A stretch of 64,000 nt of DNA from Chrysomallon squamiferum (lineage: Eukaryota; Animalia; Mollusca), in contig CM022677.1 in the NCBI GenBank assembly GCA_012295275.1, positions 27,652,001 through 27,716,000 on the forward strand. Direction: 5' to 3'. Position numbers and translations under genes: made by a program. The notes beneath the pieces are model-generated. The model was not told the origin of the DNA and made no database searches. It saw only the letters and a program-made list of their open reading frames with translations. Each line of letters starts with the position of its first letter. Position 1 is the stretch's first letter. Positions 56,866 through 64,000 of the stretch are shown in pieces.

Positions 56866-58204
56866 AAAAAAAAAAGACAGCTAGAAAGCTCAAACGGGAG
56901 TAAAACAATTTAAAAAAAATTAATATCGAGAAAATGTAACTAAAACCCGCCGTGTAACACTTATTATTTCATCCAATCAAAGCCACGCTTTCTTTCACCG
57001 CCGACCGAATCAGTTAAATATCCGGTCGGGGCATTTTTTCCCCCTGCCCCCCCCCACACCGAAAAAAAAAAAAATAATAAAAAGACTAATAGCGCTGTTC
57101 AGACGACAATTTCCGCTGTACGTTTTACGCTGGCCGAGAGCCTCGTGTTGAAGCGCAATCAACAACTCGGAACTGGCGCGCGCAGCCTAATCGTGCTGCT
57201 CGGAATTAGACGAATAAAACGAGAACTCTCGGGGGAAATCGGGCCAGAGTACAATCGACTTCCGTGCTTATCGATTCACGGCAATAAACGTTATTTACTC
57301 GGGTTTTTTTTTTTTTTTTTCGTTTTTTTTTCCGTAGATGAAATTCGTTTGTGTTGCCGACGTCTTCTGAAAAACGGGATGACAGTGACGTCGTATCGGG
57401 AACGGTGATGTTGGAGGGTCATTTTTTTTGTTGTTAAATCTGGGAACAAAAGCAGTGGTAACATGCTCATCAGGAAGAAAAGGGAATAAAAAAAAAATAA
57501 TAATAATAAAAAAATGTGATGACAGTTTTCTACTGAAAAGAATTCTTAATAAGATGAAGAGGGATAGGTGATGACAAAGGGGCAAAAAAAAAAAAAAAAT
57601 AAATAACTAGTAATTATAGAATCGGATTTATATGTGAACGAGACAGTAGTCGCAGTAGTAGTACCTGTAGTAGTAGTAGCAGTAGTAATATAAATAATAA
57701 TAATAGTAGTAGTAGTTGAAATAAAACAAAGCAAAACAAAATAAATAAAACCTTTACTACAGCTCACAGACACATCAAATGTTCTCTAGTTTCGGGTGGT
57801 GCCCCTTTAAAACTAGATATGGAATTTAAAACGGTCAGAGAACAAACGAGACTGACTCGAGAGCGAGGCTGCATGATGTTATTAGTCTCGCGAGATCTGC
57901 TAATAAAAGACTTTAGTCTCGCCTCGCGTATTTCACTGATTGTCCCGGTGTTGAGATCTGAAATGTCTGTCACCCTCTCAATCACTCGTGAAGTGACGTT
58001 GTATCTGTTGTGTTTTTTGTGTTTTTTGTGTTTTGAGAGAAAAAAAGGAAAGTTAGAGTTAAAGAAAGGTCAAGGTCATCCCGACGGCTTGTTTCTGCGA
58101 GATGGTTTTATATATTAAAAAAAAAAAAAAAGAAGAAGAAAAGGTTCATTCAGGAAAAATGATTTATCATCAGTGTTGTCTCCTTCTTTCACTGAATCAC
58201 ACTC

Positions 58205-58302
<98 letters not shown>

Positions 58303-58613
58303 CCTCCCTCCCTCCCCCCTCCTCTCTCTCCTCTCCTCCCTCTCACAATCAAACAGTTAATCTTGTTCCAACTGCATGTGTTTTTTTTTTTCTTCCGACG
58401 TTTGACATTTTCAGTCACCGCTCTGTACTGACTAACTCTTTACAGCGTGACTGCCAGTGTTTACTGAGAACACGACGTCTGTAAGAAACCAGGCTGACAT
58501 GAACTGACCTTTTCCTACACGAAAATTACCAGCTATTATAGCGAATTCATAACAGGGCTTTATATTGTAAGACGTCAGAGAGCTTTATATAGATTATATG
58601 GTTCATACTGTTT

Positions 58614-58653
<40 letters not shown>

Positions 58654-59504
58654 CATTACTACTACTATGACTACTCTATTGCCACTACTCTGCTGACACT
58701 GCTACTACTCTACAACAACAACTACTACTACTTCTACTACTATTAACTATTACAACAACTACTATTACTACTGCAATAATACTATAACTTCTACTACTAT
58801 TACAACTACAATACTACTACTACTATCACTACTACAACTACTGCAACTCGTGGAATATTAGTACTACTACTGCTCTGTTACTACTGCTATTACTACAACT
58901 CGTACTATACTACTACTATTACTATTATTGCCAATGCTATTAATATACTACTACTACTACTACTACTACTACTACCACTATTACTACCACATATATTGCT
59001 ACTATGTCTGCTACTATTACAACTACAATATCACTACTACTGCTACTACTACTTTTGCTAGACTTAAACAACAACAACAACAACAACAAAAAAAAAGAAA
59101 GTAATTGGAAAGTTGAATACGGCTACGACTATCAACGCATTAACATCATTAGTTGATTATTTTATTTATTATTTCGTGACTTTTTTTTTTTTTTTTTTTT
59201 TTTATCCTCATCAACCTCAACGCCGTTAAGGCTCATTCCAGCCTCAAAGAAAGCGAACAATGGGAGCCATATCATAATTAAAGAATTATGAAAACAAACA
59301 GTCGCTTTCAGTAAGTCTGCACGTTATCTTGTTCAAACAGTAGCAGGCGCAGACGAACATGAAAGGACTTCATCCGTCGGAATTACCGAGTACACCCGAA
59401 GTAGGCTAATCGCTTCGGAATTGTCTGCGTTTGTTCGGCTTAACTCGCGGCCCGATCTTCATTGTCAATGGCAACGTAATTAGCTCATCGTCTGAACTCA
59501 GTCA

Positions 59505-59544
<40 letters not shown>

Positions 59545-60249
59545 CCTTCTTGAAAATAAGAGCACTCAAGACCAAGATAACAACGAAGAAGAAGAAAAGA
59601 AAGGTTTGGAAGGTTTAATAAGAAAAATAATAGAATAATTAGAAGAATAATGGACAAACAAATGGGAAAAAAAAAAGGGAAAACAAACGATAGTTCGGTT
59701 TATCAGTAATCAAAATAAAATAAAAATAAAGAGATAATGGGAAAAAAGGAAAAAAAAAGAAAGATTTAAGAAGAAGAAGAAGAAAAAAAAAACAAAACAA
59801 AAACAAACAAAGGATAAGACCGAAGGTTGTTATTATCGGTAATTATTAATTTAAGATGAAAAAAAAAATTCGGTTAGTCTATATAATTAATTTTAAATCT
59901 TTTAAATTGAAGATTAAGTAATATTTGAAAATAATATTAATAATAATAATAAAAAATAAAGTAGATAATGCTTTCAATTAATTCTAATTAAATGGCTTAT
60001 TTTTTTTTTTTTTTTTTAATCTAAATGTAAGTAGTTGAGAAGATTTTATGCTTAATTTCTTTATTTTCTTAGTTTTCTCTTTCTTTCTTTCTTTCTTTTT
60101 CTTTACTTCTTTCTTTCTTTCTTGATTAATTTCATTCTCAGCTTTAGTTTTGTTTTAAATAATGTTAATTTCTGACAAAAGATAATTTCTTTATCCGTTT
60201 TTTGATATATAAAACATTTTTTTTTTCAATATTCTTTAATTTTTTTTTA

Positions 60250-60620
60250 CTTTCATTCATTCTTATATTCTTTCATTCATTTATTTTTACTTTCTTTAGT
60301 TCTTATAATGTTTCATTCATTTTTTACTTTCTTTCATTCTTATAATGTTTCATTCATTTTTTACTTTCTTTCATTCTTATAATGTTTCATTCATTTATTT
60401 TTACTTTCTTTCATTCTTATATTGTTTCATTCATTTATTTTTACTTTCATTTGTTGCTATATTCTTTCGTTCATTTATTTTTAATTTCATTTGTTGCTAT
60501 ATTCTTTCGTTCATTTATTTTTACTTTCATTTGTTGCTATATTCTTTCGTTCATTTATTTTTCCTTTTATTTGTTGCTATATTCTTTCGTTCGTTTATTG
60601 TTACTTTCATTTGTTCTTTC
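60250..60620. repeat. About 35-40-bp degenerate tandem repeat
   Basis: tttactttcatttgttgctatattctttcgttcatttatt and a related tttactttctttcattcttataatgtttcattcat unit, repeated about 9-10 times. Confidence 0.85.
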
Positions 60621-60857
60621 TTTCATCTGATCGTACACTGTTTTTCATTCTGTATTGTTTAACTGACAGCCAGACTGATCAGCAGAGGGGGGGGGTGACT
60701 TAGAAAGAAAGACACAGAGAAGCAAAACTGAAGAAGACAAACACAATTAGAGTTTACTCAATCTGAATAAAAAGGTGACAGAAATAAAAAACACAAGAGA
60801 CGGGAACGTAGGAAACAAAACAAAAAAAGGAGAAAAGATAGAAAGAGAAGAGAGAGA

Positions 60858-60937
<80 letters not shown>

Positions 60938-61028
60938 AACAGAGAGATATAGATAGATAGATAGTGAGAGAGAGAGAGAGAGGGAGAAAGAGAGAGAAAG
61001 AGAGAAAGAAACAGAGATATAGATAGAT

Positions 61029-61095
<67 letters not shown>

Positions 61096-61679
61096 GAGAG
61101 AGACTGACTCAAGAAAACAACAACAAAAAAGCAACAACATAATAATAATAATATCAAAAATATCGTCAATATATTTGTACTTGCTTGACGCTGACTACAC
61201 ATGTAAAGTTTCGACAACAGATGATTAACTGTTACATAGATAACACCACTCACACACAATTCTACAATCAATATTAACCGGGGACATAAAAGAAATACAT
61301 TTAAAATCAAAAAGAAATAAAGAATAACAGTCTCTTGCGTTATTTTATCGAATCAATACAATTCAATCTCGAGGTGACAGCACCTTTCAATCATTATTAT
61401 TAGTATTTCCTTTTGAGCTGAATTGTATACACACACTTTTATTTCAAGACGATGTTATCACCTCATCCAGTGATCTTTATGAACTAGCAAGAACGTTGAT
61501 GCTAAATCAACCTTCCCGTGGACAGCAACGCACACCAGAACATCTGATGAGACGGAGGATAATCAGGATAATCTGTTATCGCAATTCCACTTTCAGTGAT
61601 TATTCGTGATCGTAAATTTACGTTAAATTACGGTTGAAGAACGCAGTCACTGCCTTGAATGTCTCGAATGATGTCTCAA

Positions 61680-61885
61680 GGATAGGTCACTGGTTGATGT
61701 ATTTAGGATAGGTCACTGGTTGATATATTAAGGATAGGTCAATGGTTGATGTACTCAGTACGCGAGAATGGCTGGATATCTTGAAAATAAGTCAATGTTT
61801 GATGTATTAAGGATAGGTCAACGGATGTACTAAGGTTAGCTCAGTGTTTGATGAATTAAGGATGGGTCAATGCGTATACTAAGGA
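61680..61885. repeat. About 26-bp degenerate tandem repeat
   Basis: aggataggtcactggttgatgtatt and variants. Confidence 0.7.
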
Positions 61886-62226
61886 TGCATCAACAGTTTG
61901 GGGTACAAACGTCGGGACCAGTCGCTGACGTAGTGAGGACGACAGACCGAGGCCTTTCTGCCGACTCGCCGACAGCCACCGTAGCGTTAACGTTAACCGA
62001 CGTAATGTAGCGAGAGAGTTCGTATTATCGCGGTGGTCTCATTCTCGAGTAATGACGTTAGCGGACGCCGCAGCACTCGAGCTGTGCAGGGAGATAACCG
62101 AGTTAGTCACACGCTGGTAAGTAAGAGTGTAACCTAATTGACCGCGAGTAAAAACACTGTACGACGAATTTCACAGCGATAGTCTGTAATCTTTGTGTGT
62201 GTGTGTGTGTGTGTCTCTCTCTCTCA

Positions 62227-62321
<95 letters not shown>

Positions 62322-62419
62322 CATACCGCTTTATTTCTATTTTTAAAATTTAGTTTAAATTTGTTAAATGAGAATTAAAATTATTATTGTATTGTTGTTG
62401 TTACTACTACTACTACTAT

Positions 62420-62458
<39 letters not shown>

Positions 62459-64000
62459 CACTACCACTACTACTACTACCACTACCACTACTATTACTAT
62501 TTCTACAACTACTACTATATAACTACTACCACAACTACTACTATTATTATTATTACTACTACAACAACTACTACTACCACCATCACTACTACCACCACTA
62601 CTATTACTACCATATACTACTACTACACTACTACACTACCACCACATACTATCACTACTATACTACACCACCACCACTACTCCTACATATACCACATACT
62701 ACCACTACTACACTACACCACCACCACTACTCCTACATATACCACATACTACCACCACTACTACTACTACCACATACTACTAAACTACTATTACTACTAC
62801 TACTACTACTACTCCTACTACTACTACCACATACTACCACATACTACTACTACTACTACTACTCCTACTTCTACTACCACTACCACATACTACTACTACT
62901 ACTACTACTACTACTGTTATTACTAGTAATCTAACTGCACGCTGCATTAACCCGCGGCCCGCTGTAGTTAAACAAATAAGCCGGTGTCAGTCTGGCTTAT
63001 CGTGAAGACAGACCACTTCAAGTCTTAATCGAATGAAGCCGGTCCCTCCGCGGCCGTCTGAGGAAAACACTGCACCGACGACGCGCGTGGCAGTTGAGAG
63101 TCACGTGATTACCAAATTTGTCACTTCACATTACAGCGCGGCCTCGCTGTCGCTAATTCTGCTCTCGATACAGAAAGTAGCGCGGCCATTTTTTTTTTTT
63201 TTCTTTTTTCTTTTTTGTTGTGTTTTCCTTCTTTTTCACTCGTGTTGCTGTTTCGGTGAAGTTTTTGAGAAAGTTTACGAAAGATGATTTATACTTGGGT
63301 TCTTTTTTTTTTTTTTTCTTCTTAGATTCGTGTATATGTTAAATGCGGACAGAGTCTTATTAGTAGTGTGTGGTTAAACTCTGACATTTATCGTATTTAA
63401 CTATAAAAAGATGAATGCGTGCAATTTGCTGTCAGTTTATAACTGGTTCCTTGGAACAAATCAGAATTATACTTTACGTTATTTAAGTGTTTTTTTGCTA
63501 CTTACACGCAAAAACACTTTATCAAGTAATTTTTTTTTCTTTTTTTTTTTTCAGTAATGGTAAATGTGGATTTGCAACAAAAAAAAAAAAAAAAAAAAAA
63601 AAAATTCAGTTATCATTAAAGTATCTTCCATAAGCACCTATGGTATATATGCACTGTACAATTAAAACTATTACTGAAATAAAGACACCAGTTCCAATCC
63701 AATGCACAAAACTATAAAAGCGTTCAGCATAGATTATAGGCTATACCGAATGAAGAAGAAAAAGAACTGAAAATTATTCGCAAGATGGGAGAATAACATC
63801 AACTGAATTAATAACAGATTGTAAAAAGATCTCAGAAGGTAAGAACAAAAAACGAAAAAAAAAAAAAAAGAAAAAAGGACTGACAGCAAATCTAAGTTAA
63901 GATAAGCATACGACATGGAGTAGGATTATCAAACAAATCATCGTCCAGTTTTGCAGACAGGCCTAAATACACCTTCAAGGATTTGAATGACTAAATCCAA

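Overview
AT-rich, microsatellite-saturated eukaryotic DNA, most likely an invertebrate (possibly a mollusc; taxon not provable from the window). Nearly all ORFs in the supplied track are simple-repeat artefacts. Two real genes are readable. (1) A minus-strand M1-family zinc aminopeptidase (aminopeptidase N-like, GAMEN + HEIAH-x18-E). I traced 19 consecutive coding exons by hand (52640 to 27745, about 718 codons, all GT-AG and phase-consistent). Its N-terminal exon(s) were not found in the window, and its last exon stops early where it runs into a 74-bp tandem array. (2) A plus-strand type II membrane GT-A glycosyltransferase (36604-37681) with an apparently single-exon CDS, nested antisense in an 8.6-kb aminopeptidase intron. 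It has its own CpG-rich promoter, 5'UTR intron and polyA signal, and one +1 frameshift near 37190. The most unusual structure is that tandem repeats in the aminopeptidase are built from its own exon junctions: 8 copies of a splice acceptor plus exon start, eroded copies of a donor, and 9 copies of the probable C-terminus/stop. Bases 1-27 kb are essentially non-coding but hold CpG-rich islands, four near-perfect RFX X-boxes and one candidate first coding exon of an unidentified minus-strand gene. No prokaryotic system, CRISPR array, rRNA or intact tRNA was seen.
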